From Candidatus Woesearchaeota archaeon (lineage in GTDB: Archaea; Nanobdellota; Nanobdellia; Pacearchaeales; GW2011-AR1): a stretch of 53,767 bases of DNA. The position numbers and the translations under genes are program-made. Below, piece by piece: positions 36,439-45,868 of this stretch. Location: assembly GCA_964389765.1 (NCBI GenBank), contig CAYMES010000003.1:1-53767 (forward strand), read 5' to 3'. Numbering within the stretch: the stretch's first letter is position 1; each line of letters starts with the position of its first letter. The notes beneath the pieces were generated by a model that worked only from the letters and a program-made list of their open reading frames with translations, ran no database searches and was not told the origin of the DNA.

Positions 36439-37098
36439 ATGAAAGTTGAGTTTAATAAAGTTAAAGATATTAAAAATATCTGGGAAACTGCAAATGAAAA
36501 AGGAAGAATTATGGATTTTTCTTCTAAAATGCCTAAGGAATTATTAGAGATTTGTAAAGGCAAGGAATTCAATAAAGCAAGATTTAAAATAGAGAGATAT
36601 TTTAAAGAGATGTATGATTCAGAAGCTTTGAAACAATTTGTTAAAGCATTTGAAAAATCATGGAATTCTATTGAAGATGAATATATGAGGAGATTAAAAA
36701 AAATTACAAAAAAACCTTTAGATAATAAGAATATAAAAGCATATGTAACTTTTGCTCCAAGATGTATTTATAATATTGGAGAGAGATGGTTTATGGTTAA
36801 TTTTTTTAGTTCTCTACCTACAGCTCTTATGACAGCTGGACATGAATTAATGCACTTTCATTTTCACGAACATTATTTTGGTGAAGTTGAAGAGCAGATA
36901 GGGTGGGAAAAGACTCACGATTTAAAAGAAGCTTTAACTTTTTTACTTAATGTTGAATTTATAGATTTATGGTATATTGCTGATTGGGGATATGAGCCAC
37001 ATAAAAAATTAAGAAGATATATTTATGAGCAATGGAAAAAGTCTAAAGATTTTGATAATTTAATTAAAAATTGTATAAAGTTTATAAAAAAGAGTTAA
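36439..37098 (+). CDS. Hypothetical zincin-like protein with HExxH
   Basis: AGHELMHFHF followed about 20 aa later by LKEALT (gluzincin-like third ligand). Confidence 0.6.
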   Translation: MKVEFNKVKDIKNIWETANEKGRIMDFSSKMPKELLEICKGKEFNKARFKIERYFKEMYDSEALKQFVKAFEKSWNSIEDEYMRRLKKITKKPLDNKNIKAYVTFAPRCIYNIGERWFMVNFFSSLPTALMTAGHELMHFHFHEHYFGEVEEQIGWEKTHDLKEALTFLLNVEFIDLWYIADWGYEPHKKLRRYIYEQWKKSKDFDNLIKNCIKFIKKS

Positions 37099-37099
37099 A

Positions 37100-39265
37100 A
37101 TGAAAAAGCCATCAACAGATGATATTTTGAAAAAATATGGGGAAAAGATTGAAAATCAGTTAAATAGCAAGGCTGTTAATTCAGAAGGAAATTATTCTAA
37201 GGAATATTTAAAATTTAAAGAAGATATGATGCCTTCTTTTTCAAGATATGAAAAATGGGCAAAATCTCTCGGAAATATTATATCTATAAAATTAGCTGAA
37301 AAAGATAAAAATAAGATACAAAATAATTTAAATATTGCTCATCTTGATGTCACAGCAAGCCAGGCATTAACTCTTGCAGTTATGGCTTTTGTAATCTCTT
37401 TTTTTGCAGGAATTTTATTAAGTGCAGGAATATATTTTATAATGGAGGTATTTCCATTGCTTTTTTTATTTTTAGTTTTATTAGCTTCTTTATTTTTATT
37501 TTATTATTTTTATTCTCTACCTTCAAGATTAGCTAATAAATGGAGGCTAAAAGCTTCTAGTCAGATGATTCCAGCTATTCTTTATATAGTTGTTTATATG
37601 AAACATACTTCTAATCTTGAGAGAGCTGTTAGATTTGCATCTCAACATATTAAAGCTCCTCTTGCTTTTGATTTTAAAAAAGTTTTTTGGGATGTAGAAA
37701 CAGGAAAGTTTTCAAGTATAAAAGAGTCTCTTGATAGTTATCTTGAAACTTGGAGAGGGTATAGTAATGAATTTATAGAAAGTTTTCATCTAATAGAAAG
37801 TTCTTTATATGAATCAAGTGAATCTAGAAGAGTAGCCACATTAGAAAGAAGCTTACAAGTTATTCTGGATGGAGTTTATGATAAGATGTTGAAATATTCT
37901 CATAATATTAGGAGTCCATTGACAAATTTATATATGTTAGGGATAATACTTCCAACTTTAGGATTAGCATTATTACCTCTTGCATCAACATTATTACAAG
38001 GATTAATTAAATGGCATCATGTTTTTGTTTTATTTAATATTTTAATTCCATTTTTTGTTTTTTATTTAACTTCAGAAATATTATTAAAAAGACCAGGAGG
38101 ATATGGAGAATCTCAGCTTTTGGAGTTAAGTCCTTTATATCCTAAATATAAAAGTAAGAAACCATATCTTATTGCTTTTTTAATTTGTTTTCCTTTATTT
38201 ATACTTGGATTTTTACCATTTTTCTTTGGGTATACAGGACTTCCTTCAATGTTAAATCTTCAAAAAGATTATACATTTAGTCAGATAGGCTTAGAGTATT
38301 TTGGTGAAACTAAATTATTCGATTTTCAAGATACTCCTGCAGGAACAGTAGGACCATTTGGACCTGTTGCTTTATTATTGAGTTTATTAGTTCCATTTTC
38401 TATAGCTTTATTTTTTGTATTGTCATATTCTATGAAAACTAAAGAACTTATTAAAGCAAGACAAGGAAGTAAGGAATTAGAAGATGAATTTACAGGTTCT
38501 TTATTCCAGTTAGGAAACAGGTTAGGGGATGGATTTCCAGCAGAAGTTGCTTTTACAAAAGTAGCTGAATCTTCTAAAGGAACAATGGCTGAAAGATTTT
38601 TTAATACAGTTAATGTTAATTTGCATCAAGCAGGAATGTCTTTAGAAGAAGCTATATTTAATGAAAAAAGAGGAGCTATTATTTATTATCCTTCAGAATT
38701 AATTAGAATGAGTATGAAGATATTAATTGAAAGTGTTAAAAAAGGATTAAAAGTTGCTGCTCGTTCTTTAATGTCTATATCTGAATATGTTAAAATGATA
38801 AATAAGATAAATCAAAGGTTGCAAGATTTGTTAGCTGAAATAATTAGTGATATGAAAAGCAATATGACTTTTTTAGCTCCTTTATTAGCTGGAATTGTTG
38901 TAGGATTAGCTGGAATGATAACTCTTATTTTAAACAAGTTGCAAAGTATAATGGCTTTAGGAAATGTAGGAGGAGCAGGAGTTAACTTAGGAAATATTTC
39001 TAATATTACTTCTATATTTGATATAACTAAGATGGTTTCTCCTTATTTTTTACAGATAGCTATTGGAATTTATATTATTGAGATAATTTTTATTTTGACA
39101 AATACTCTTGTTACTATTGATGCTGGAGAAGATAAATTAAAAAGAAAATATGACTTATCTAAAAATTTAAGATTTGGAGTTTTGTTATATGTGGTAACTG
39201 CTTTAATTGCCATAATTGCTCTTACTATATTGGCAGCTGTTGCTTTAAGTGGGATGGTGGGTTAA
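37100..39265 (+). CDS. Type IV pilus membrane platform protein (T2SS-F/TadB-TadC-like, two fused domains)
   Basis: Two cytoplasmic T2SSF-like domains (SNLERAVRFAS...PLAFDFKKV; LFQLGNRLGDGFPAEVAF), each followed by TM clusters; lies between the ATPase and the pilins. Confidence 0.85.
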   Translation: MKKPSTDDILKKYGEKIENQLNSKAVNSEGNYSKEYLKFKEDMMPSFSRYEKWAKSLGNIISIKLAEKDKNKIQNNLNIAHLDVTASQALTLAVMAFVISFFAGILLSAGIYFIMEVFPLLFLFLVLLASLFLFYYFYSLPSRLANKWRLKASSQMIPAILYIVVYMKHTSNLERAVRFASQHIKAPLAFDFKKVFWDVETGKFSSIKESLDSYLETWRGYSNEFIESFHLIESSLYESSESRRVATLERSLQVILDGVYDKMLKYSHNIRSPLTNLYMLGIILPTLGLALLPLASTLLQGLIKWHHVFVLFNILIPFFVFYLTSEILLKRPGGYGESQLLELSPLYPKYKSKKPYLIAFLICFPLFILGFLPFFFGYTGLPSMLNLQKDYTFSQIGLEYFGETKLFDFQDTPAGTVGPFGPVALLLSLLVPFSIALFFVLSYSMKTKELIKARQGSKELEDEFTGSLFQLGNRLGDGFPAEVAFTKVAESSKGTMAERFFNTVNVNLHQAGMSLEEAIFNEKRGAIIYYPSELIRMSMKILIESVKKGLKVAARSLMSISEYVKMINKINQRLQDLLAEIISDMKSNMTFLAPLLAGIVVGLAGMITLILNKLQSIMALGNVGGAGVNLGNISNITSIFDITKMVSPYFLQIAIGIYIIEIIFILTNTLVTIDAGEDKLKRKYDLSKNLRFGVLLYVVTALIAIIALTILAAVALSGMVG

Positions 39266-39295
39266 ATTTATAATAATCTTTTACTTGAGTATAAA

Positions 39296-39652
39296 ATGAA
39301 AAATAGAGGAATAAGAAAAAAAGCAATGCAGATTGCAGTAAGTACTTTAGTTATAATTATATTGTCTGTTTTGGTTCTTGTAGGTTTGCTTGTTTTTTGG
39401 AATTATCAGACAGGTATGTTTTCAGATTTTTTACAAAATATACAAGGAGAGACAAATATAGATAGTATTGTTACTGCTTGTAATACCTATGTAACTCAGA
39501 ATTCTTTTCATGAATATTGTTGCGTAGAAAAAAATATTAAGTATGAAAAAGATGGAGAGATTATTGAACAAGAGATGACATGTTCGGAATTAGGAGATAT
39601 GAATATTGGAAAAAGAATTCAGGATTTAAATTGTGAAAATGCAGGTTGTTAG
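39296..39652 (+). CDS. Type IV pilin-like protein (class III signal peptide)
   Basis: RKKA|MQIAVSTLVIIILSVLVL; NIDSIVTAC...YCC is homologous to 46439..46801. Confidence 0.85.
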   Translation: MKNRGIRKKAMQIAVSTLVIIILSVLVLVGLLVFWNYQTGMFSDFLQNIQGETNIDSIVTACNTYVTQNSFHEYCCVEKNIKYEKDGEIIEQEMTCSELGDMNIGKRIQDLNCENAGC

Positions 39653-39653
39653 A

Positions 39654-39827
39654 ATGTTGGAGATATTTAAGAGAAAAAATAAAAAAGCTATAGAAATAGA
39701 AGTATTGGTTTGGTGGTTAATAGCTGCTGCTGTATTTGTTTTAGTTGTTGCTATATATATAATTTTAAAAGTTAAAGGAATTTCGATTGTAGGATTTGTT
39801 GAAAATCTTTTTAGATTTGGAGGATAG
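39654..39827 (+). CDS. Short type IV pilin-like protein (57 aa)
   Basis: ATG 39654 follows the previous stop; NKKA|IEIEVLVWWLIAAAVFVLVV. Confidence 0.8.
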   Translation: MLEIFKRKNKKAIEIEVLVWWLIAAAVFVLVVAIYIILKVKGISIVGFVENLFRFGG

Positions 39828-39829
39828 GT

Positions 39830-41545
39830 ATGATTAGATTAAAAAGTGATAAAAGAGGGACAAGTTTATCTTTAAATAAATTAATTATCTTGATTTTAGC
39901 AGCTTTAGTTATTATTGGAGCATTTTTTGTTATTTCTATTTATGGAAGAGAAATTTTAGATTGGTTTAAAAATCAACCAGATTATCCTAGTTATGGAGAA
40001 GATGAAGTTGTTGAAGGAGCTGATGAATCATTAGGGGAAGGGATATGTGAAGTTAAGGTGGCTGAAATTAGTCAAGGAGGAAAGTTATGGCTTTATGAAA
40101 ATGGTAAAAAAAGAAGTTCAGAATTAATAATAAGTTCAGATAATAAAATTTTAAATACTCAGGATATAGATGATGAATTAGGAAAATTAATAAAAGATAC
40201 AGTAAAGATTGAAAATTATGATTTAGTAGATACATTTCCATATATATCTTATGAAGAATTGAAAAGGTTAGATGGTTCAAAAAAATTAGGTAATTTTTTA
40301 TGTAAATCTGAGCAAGAGATAGGGGAAGATGAACAAGAAGTAAAAGAAGAATGTCCTGTTAAAATTGCAGATGTTTCAAAAGGAACATCTTATGGCAAGG
40401 TTATTAGATTTTGTGGAGATAAAGAATGTACAGAAGATAATTTGATTGATTCTGAGCTTTTTTTATATTCTGGTTTGACAATTAATCCTAAAATAGATGA
40501 TATAGTTATAAAAGTTAGGAAACATATATCTTTGAAATGGAAAATTTGGGATATTGTAGATTATGAAGCAGGAGAGGTAAATAATAAGGGGATTATTCTT
40601 AAAAATGAAGTTTTACAAAATGCAGGACAAGATGATTTGCCAAGTTATGAATTATTATCTAATTTAAATGGAGCATATTTTAGACATAATTTAATTTGTA
40701 GGGATGAGAGGATAAAACCAGAAAAAAAACAAGAGATTAAAGATTTAGATTCTGCGATATTACAATTAAGTGAATTAATTAAAAGGTATGGGGAAAATGC
40801 AGAATATTCTGATAATAAGGAAATTAAAAATTTTGTAGATGAAGTTTATAGGTTGGGATTAATTACTAAAGAAGAGCTTGATGAGATTGATGGCAAGTGG
40901 GGGTGGGGAGAAGAAAGTTTGGATTATGTTAGGAATATTTTAGAGAAACAAGGGCAAAAGGAAAAGAAATCTAAAGAAGTATTTCCAAATATTAAAAGAT
41001 TTACTTATAATGAAAAAGGATATTATATTAATATTGATGATTTTATAAAGAAAAAAAATTCATTTAATCCTCCTGATAGATTTTCTTTATATGAAGATGT
41101 ACATGAAAAAGATGGCAAATTAACTTTAGTTTCAGAAGATTATTTGGTTAAATCTGGTAAAAATAAATATTATCTTGTTGTAGATGAAAAGCAAGCTTAT
41201 CCTGTCCAAATTATAGATGATGAAGGATATGATTATATTGATGTTAGTGATTATTTTGATGATTTAAATGATATGAAAGTTGAAGCAGAAAGTGAGGAAG
41301 AAAAGGTACTTGTAGGGACCCATATTGCTAATCCAGAAAGTAAGTTAGGAGTTGATACTGGTGGAGATGCTTTTGCTTATATTTATTTTAGATGGGTTAA
41401 TGGAGTAATTTATATAAGATTTGCAGATACTGATTTTTTCAAAATAACGAGAGATAAGTCTCCATGGATTTTAATTGATTATTGGAATGAATACAGGACA
41501 TTTAAAAATGCTCCTGATTGGGCTTTATTAGAAGAAAATAATTGA
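39830..41545 (+). CDS. Large minor pilin/adhesin with class III signal peptide and internal duplicated Cys-bracketed domain
   Basis: DKRG|TSLSLNKLIILILAALV; repeats CEVKVAEISQG...SYEELKRLDG...NFLCK and CPVKIADVSKG...SYELLSNLNG...NLICR. Confidence 0.8.
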   Translation: MIRLKSDKRGTSLSLNKLIILILAALVIIGAFFVISIYGREILDWFKNQPDYPSYGEDEVVEGADESLGEGICEVKVAEISQGGKLWLYENGKKRSSELIISSDNKILNTQDIDDELGKLIKDTVKIENYDLVDTFPYISYEELKRLDGSKKLGNFLCKSEQEIGEDEQEVKEECPVKIADVSKGTSYGKVIRFCGDKECTEDNLIDSELFLYSGLTINPKIDDIVIKVRKHISLKWKIWDIVDYEAGEVNNKGIILKNEVLQNAGQDDLPSYELLSNLNGAYFRHNLICRDERIKPEKKQEIKDLDSAILQLSELIKRYGENAEYSDNKEIKNFVDEVYRLGLITKEELDEIDGKWGWGEESLDYVRNILEKQGQKEKKSKEVFPNIKRFTYNEKGYYINIDDFIKKKNSFNPPDRFSLYEDVHEKDGKLTLVSEDYLVKSGKNKYYLVVDEKQAYPVQIIDDEGYDYIDVSDYFDDLNDMKVEAESEEEKVLVGTHIANPESKLGVDTGGDAFAYIYFRWVNGVIYIRFADTDFFKITRDKSPWILIDYWNEYRTFKNAPDWALLEENN

Positions 41546-41563
41546 TAAAATAACAAGAGAAAA

Positions 41564-42517
41564 ATGAGTAAGATGAAAATTAAAAATAAAAAAGCAATTT
41601 TAGCATCAACTGTTATAAAATTAGTTGTAGCAGTATTATGTCTGCTTATTTTGATAGGACTAGGTTATGAGCTTTATAATATGTTTATTGAATCTTCAGA
41701 AAGAGAGCAAGCAAAGGAAACTTTAAATCAGATTGAGAATAAAATATCTCATTTAGAAGAAGGAGAAATTGGAAAACAGCTTATTTTAGCTCCTGAAGGA
41801 TGGATTTTATTGCAGGGAAAAGAATCAAAAGAATTATGTATTTGTAATTATGAGGATTTACTTAGAAAGGAACAGAAGCATCTAGTTTGTGCTGAACAAG
41901 GTTATTGTAAAAGATTAGATTTTGAAGTAGAATTTTTTGAATTTTGTAGAGGAAAAAATGTTAATTATGGAACAGAAAAAAAATGTGTTTATTTTGAAGA
42001 AATTCCACTTGAATTAAGTTTAATAGTAAAACAAGAGAAAGTGCATATAATGACAAAAGAAAATTTTATTTATAAAAGTTATTTAGATAATCTTTTGAAT
42101 TATAAAAAAGACAGCGATTCTGAGTCTGTTAACGAACTTCTTTTATCATCTATTGATAATCCTGACAGCAATATTGGAAATAAGTTAAAAGAAAGTTTGG
42201 AGAAATATTTTAATAGTTTAAATGTGGACAGTTTATTTGGTATTAACAAAGATAAATTTCGGTGGGTATTTATATTATCAGAAGGAACTTTAGAAGAAAC
42301 TTTGGGAAAACAAGTTAATGTTATAATTAGGTTTGATAATTTTGATGAAGAGATTAAAATTTCTAAAAGAGTAATTAACCCAGGAGAAATTAGTGAATTT
42401 GATGAGATAATTAATGTTCCTGGATTTGAATTTATATATAAAGAAAAAGATTATATGATAAGGCTTACCTATTATAAAGATAAAGGTTATGCTTCAGGAG
42501 ATGAATATCTTTTTTAA
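41564..42517 (+). CDS. Minor pilin-like protein (class III signal peptide)
   Basis: NKKA|ILASTVIKLVVAVLCLLILI; Cys-rich globular domain. Confidence 0.8.
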   Translation: MSKMKIKNKKAILASTVIKLVVAVLCLLILIGLGYELYNMFIESSEREQAKETLNQIENKISHLEEGEIGKQLILAPEGWILLQGKESKELCICNYEDLLRKEQKHLVCAEQGYCKRLDFEVEFFEFCRGKNVNYGTEKKCVYFEEIPLELSLIVKQEKVHIMTKENFIYKSYLDNLLNYKKDSDSESVNELLLSSIDNPDSNIGNKLKESLEKYFNSLNVDSLFGINKDKFRWVFILSEGTLEETLGKQVNVIIRFDNFDEEIKISKRVINPGEISEFDEIINVPGFEFIYKEKDYMIRLTYYKDKGYASGDEYLF

Positions 42518-42545
42518 CAAAATAAATGAAAAAATCAAAATAAAA

Positions 42546-42662
42546 ATGATAAAAAATAAAAAAGCACAGATGGAAAATTTATTTAAGATATTATTATGGA
42601 TAGTTATATTTTTAATAGCATTAGGAGGGCTTTATTATTTGGCGAGATATCTGACAGGTTAA
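42546..42662 (+). CDS. Unannotated 38-aa micro-pilin (class III signal peptide plus TM helix only)
   Basis: MIKNKKA|QMENLFKILLWIVIFLIALGGLYYLARYLTG*; fills the gap between two pilin-like genes. Confidence 0.8.
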   Translation: MIKNKKAQMENLFKILLWIVIFLIALGGLYYLARYLTG

Positions 42663-42692
42663 ATATAAATATAAGATTTGTTTATTATTAAG

Positions 42693-43673
42693 ATGAAAAT
42701 AAAAAAGGGTAGGAGAGCAGAATTAACATCTAAATATATCATCATTATTTTGTTGCTTATAATTGGATTTGGAATTGTTTTGTTGTTTTATTTTGGTTTA
42801 GGATGGGGCAGTATGGTAGATAGAGAGGTTTGCCATCAAAGTGTTATTTTAAGAGCAACTGCTCCTGATACCTTTCTTGGAACAAAAGATTATGTTCCTT
42901 TGAAATGTAATACAAGAAAAGTATGTATAACTGAGGATTTTTTTGGAAAAGGAGATTGTGAAGAATTTGCAGGAGAAGAATATGATAAAGCAAGAATTAG
43001 TGGAGATAAAGAAGAAAAAGAGCGAAAGATTAAGATGTTTTTAGCAAGAGAAATAGCTGATTGTTGGACAATGATGGGTGAAGGAAAAGTCCAGATATTT
43101 ACAAGAGAAATGAGGGAAACAAGTAATTGTGTTATTTGTTCAAGAATTGCTTTTGATGATGAACTTAAAGAAGATATAGGAGAGATTAGAGGATTAGAAA
43201 AATATATTCTTACTCATAAAGTACCTAATAAAGATATTTCTTATTGGGAATTTTTAACACATAGTTCGCATATTCCTTCTTATAGTGCTGAATCTGATGT
43301 TTATTCAATGGATGAAAAAGCAATTGTTTTTATGGAAATAGGAGAAGGTACTTTGACTAGTTGGATTCCAGAAATTGGAGGAGCAGGAGGAGGGTGTTTT
43401 TTAGGTGCAAAAGTTGGAGCAGCAATTGGTTCTATTGTTCCAGGAGCAGGAACAGCTGCTGGAGGATTTATTGGATGTCTTGGAGCAGCAACTGTTGGAT
43501 GGTATGGAGGACATGAAATAGCCGAAAAATTAGAAGAAACAGATTTAGATGATATTCTTGGAGGAGAAGATGGATTTAATAATGCAAGATATAAATCAGG
43601 AAATTTCTTTATAGATTATGATGTTGAAAACTTAAAAGAATTAGAATGTGGCAGGTTTAGAGGAACTCCTTAA
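42693..43673 (+). CDS. Minor pilin-like protein with Cys-rich domain and internal glycine-zipper hairpin
   Basis: GRRA|ELTSKYIIIILLLIIG; CHQSV, PLKC, IADCW.MMGEG, CVICSRI.FD; GGAGGGCFLGAKVGAAIGSIVPGAGTAAGGFIGCLGAATVG. ATG 42693 preferred. Confidence 0.8.
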   Translation: MKIKKGRRAELTSKYIIIILLLIIGFGIVLLFYFGLGWGSMVDREVCHQSVILRATAPDTFLGTKDYVPLKCNTRKVCITEDFFGKGDCEEFAGEEYDKARISGDKEEKERKIKMFLAREIADCWTMMGEGKVQIFTREMRETSNCVICSRIAFDDELKEDIGEIRGLEKYILTHKVPNKDISYWEFLTHSSHIPSYSAESDVYSMDEKAIVFMEIGEGTLTSWIPEIGGAGGGCFLGAKVGAAIGSIVPGAGTAAGGFIGCLGAATVGWYGGHEIAEKLEETDLDDILGGEDGFNNARYKSGNFFIDYDVENLKELECGRFRGTP

Positions 43674-44157
43674 AAGATCTTTGTTTATTTATTTTTAAAG
43701 CAAATTTATTTAATTTTTCACTATCTTTTTTCACTCTTTTAATTACTGATTTATTATTGAGGTTTTCTTTATTTTCCCATAGAAAATTATTTAATTGGAT
43801 TAGTCTTTTGTCAATTTCTTTTGGAGTTGGGATTTCCCAAACCTGTCTCCAGATAATTCCATTAATGATGTCATCTTTTCCTTTATCAATCCATTTTTCA
43901 TGAATTTTTTCTTTTAATTTTCCATTTATAAAATGATACATTTCCCATTCTTCTTTAATTTTTCCTTTACTCATATTAAATTTTCCAGCATTAATTTGTT
44001 TTAGAATTCTATGTCCTTTTATTGTGTTGTCAAAAGAGATACTATCTCCTTTTTTGTTTAATTCAATTGTGAAGAAATATTTATCTTTTGCTTTTGGAGG
44101 AAGGATATTTCCATATAGATGAATTTCTTTGACCATGTTTATAAAAAGAGTTATCAT
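43657..44157 (-). CDS. Hypothetical basic protein, antisense insertion within the pilin operon
   Basis: 166-aa ORF with no competing plus-strand ORF; likely start at MVKEIHL. Confidence 0.6.
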   Translation of the reverse strand: MITLFINMVKEIHLYGNILPPKAKDKYFFTIELNKKGDSISFDNTIKGHRILKQINAGKFNMSKGKIKEEWEMYHFINGKLKEKIHEKWIDKGKDDIINGIIWRQVWEIPTPKEIDKRLIQLNNFLWENKENLNNKSVIKRVKKDSEKLNKFALKINKQRSFKEFL

Positions 44158-44230
44158 TTAAATAATTATTTATGGTTAAATTTATAATGTTATTATTCTA
44201 TTTTAATTTATCAAAAGAGGCTAATATAAG

Positions 44231-44644
44231 ATGGTTGAAGAATCTCCTGTTTATGAAACAATTATTTTTTTAATTCTTAATTTGGTTTTTATTTCAATTA
44301 TGCTGATTTTTGTTTGGAGTTCTGGACAAGGATTTTTTGTTTATGAAAGTATGTATGCAAAAAAGTTAGCTTTATTTGTAGATTATTCTAAACCAGGAAT
44401 GACTGTTTTTTTTGATGTTACAGAAATTATTGAAATAGCAGAAGAAAAAGGATTAAAAGGACAAGATTTAGAAGAAATTTTTAAAGTTGATAATGAAAAT
44501 AATGAGATTATTGTTGATATAAGTGGAAAAGGAGGACATAAGTACAAGTTTTTTTCAGATTATGATGTTGAGACAGAAATTTCTTCTGGACAAGGTGAAA
44601 AGATTTTAAGTTTAAAAATAAATCATCCAGAACAAGGAGAATGA
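44231..44644 (+). CDS. Pilin-cluster membrane protein (pilin-like helix, no basic leader)
   Basis: YETIIFLILNLVFISIMLIFV TM, then YAKKLALFVD..KPG. Confidence 0.75.
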   Translation: MVEESPVYETIIFLILNLVFISIMLIFVWSSGQGFFVYESMYAKKLALFVDYSKPGMTVFFDVTEIIEIAEEKGLKGQDLEEIFKVDNENNEIIVDISGKGGHKYKFFSDYDVETEISSGQGEKILSLKINHPEQGE

Positions 44645-45153
44645 AAAAGAGAGAGTTATTTAGAGATAAAAAAGCTGGAGAAAAATTACTTACTATTTGG
44701 TGGTTTTTTGTTTTAGCTTTAGTTGGGGGTGGAATTGTTATTGGGGTTTTAATATATTATAGTGGAGAGATTGATGTTAGAAAACTGGAATCTGAATTAC
44801 TTGCAGATAGGATTTTAGATTGTTTATCAGAACAAGGAAATTTGAATGAGGAATTTTTAAAAGATGATTTTGATATTTTTCAAGGATGTAGCTTAGATAA
44901 AGAAGTTATAGAAAATAGTGGGAATTTTTATATAAATGTTAGTTTATATGATTTAGATGGGGAGAGTATTAAAGAGATAACTAAAGGTGTTGGAAGTTTT
45001 GAAGTAAATTGTAAGTTAGAAGGAGGAGATTATCCAAAATGTTCTGGAAAAGAGATTTTTGTTTTTGATAGTTTAGGAGAAAAATTAAAATTTAAGATAT
45101 TAGCAGGAACAAATCAAGAAATTAAAAAAGTTTCTGTTGTAGGGGGAAATTAA
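44641..45153 (+). CDS. Minor pilin-like protein (class III signal peptide)
   Basis: DKKA|GEKLLTIWWFFVLALVGGGIVIGV; four Cys. Confidence 0.8.
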   Translation: MKKRELFRDKKAGEKLLTIWWFFVLALVGGGIVIGVLIYYSGEIDVRKLESELLADRILDCLSEQGNLNEEFLKDDFDIFQGCSLDKEVIENSGNFYINVSLYDLDGESIKEITKGVGSFEVNCKLEGGDYPKCSGKEIFVFDSLGEKLKFKILAGTNQEIKKVSVVGGN

Positions 45154-45154
45154 A

Positions 45155-45868
45155 ATGAAATTTAAAAATAAAAAAGCACAAATCAGTTCCACATTAACGT
45201 GGTTTGTGGCTTTTTTAATTATATTTTTTATTATGGTGATATTTATAGTAGCTGTTACATTTTTAGCTACTAAGAATATAAGTATTTCAGATATTTTTGA
45301 TGGAGATGAACAATCAAAAAAAGGATATTTAAAATTAGAAGATAAAGTAAATTTAATTGAGAATTTTGTTTATTTTTTAAATTCTCCTTTAGAATTTGAA
45401 GAAAAGAAGATTCCTATTAAAGATTTTATAGCAGATAATTCTGATGAAATTTTTAGTGTTCCTACAAAAAATGATATTGATGGGCAGCATGTTAATTTTC
45501 TGGTTATTAAAAATAATCCAGATAATAAATATGAAAACTTTATAGCTTTTTATCAATTTGCAGCTAATCATCTTGATGAAATTTATCCAGAAAGATGTTA
45601 TGTTTTATGTGTTTATAATGAAGATAATGGAATTAAAAGAGCTAAAGATTTATTTTATCCTGTAAAGATTATTGGAGAGAAATGTGGAGATAATAATAAA
45701 GAAGAACCTTTTTATAGAGGAGCAGAAAAATATAATTGTGAGAATATTTTTTCAGCTTTAGAAGAATGGCCTTTTGGAAGAACATATATAGGAGATGAAT
45801 TAATAGTACCTAAAAAAGATGAAAAAATAAAAATAAAATTATTTGTAGGAAAAATAAATGCAATCTAA
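45155..45868 (+). CDS. Minor pilin-like protein (class III signal peptide)
   Basis: NKKA|QISSTLTWFVAFLIIFFIMVIF. Confidence 0.8.
   Translation: MKFKNKKAQISSTLTWFVAFLIIFFIMVIFIVAVTFLATKNISISDIFDGDEQSKKGYLKLEDKVNLIENFVYFLNSPLEFEEKKIPIKDFIADNSDEIFSVPTKNDIDGQHVNFLVIKNNPDNKYENFIAFYQFAANHLDEIYPERCYVLCVYNEDNGIKRAKDLFYPVKIIGEKCGDNNKEEPFYRGAEKYNCENIFSALEEWPFGRTYIGDELIVPKKDEKIKIKLFVGKINAI

Noticed and set aside
44213-44230. In-frame K-R-G just upstream of 44231 as a broken or read-through class III leader
   Set aside because: It is followed by TAA and has no in-frame start, and AAAAGAGG matches the SD-like motif seen before other genes (e.g. 6805, 46439). No other evidence for stop-codon reassignment.
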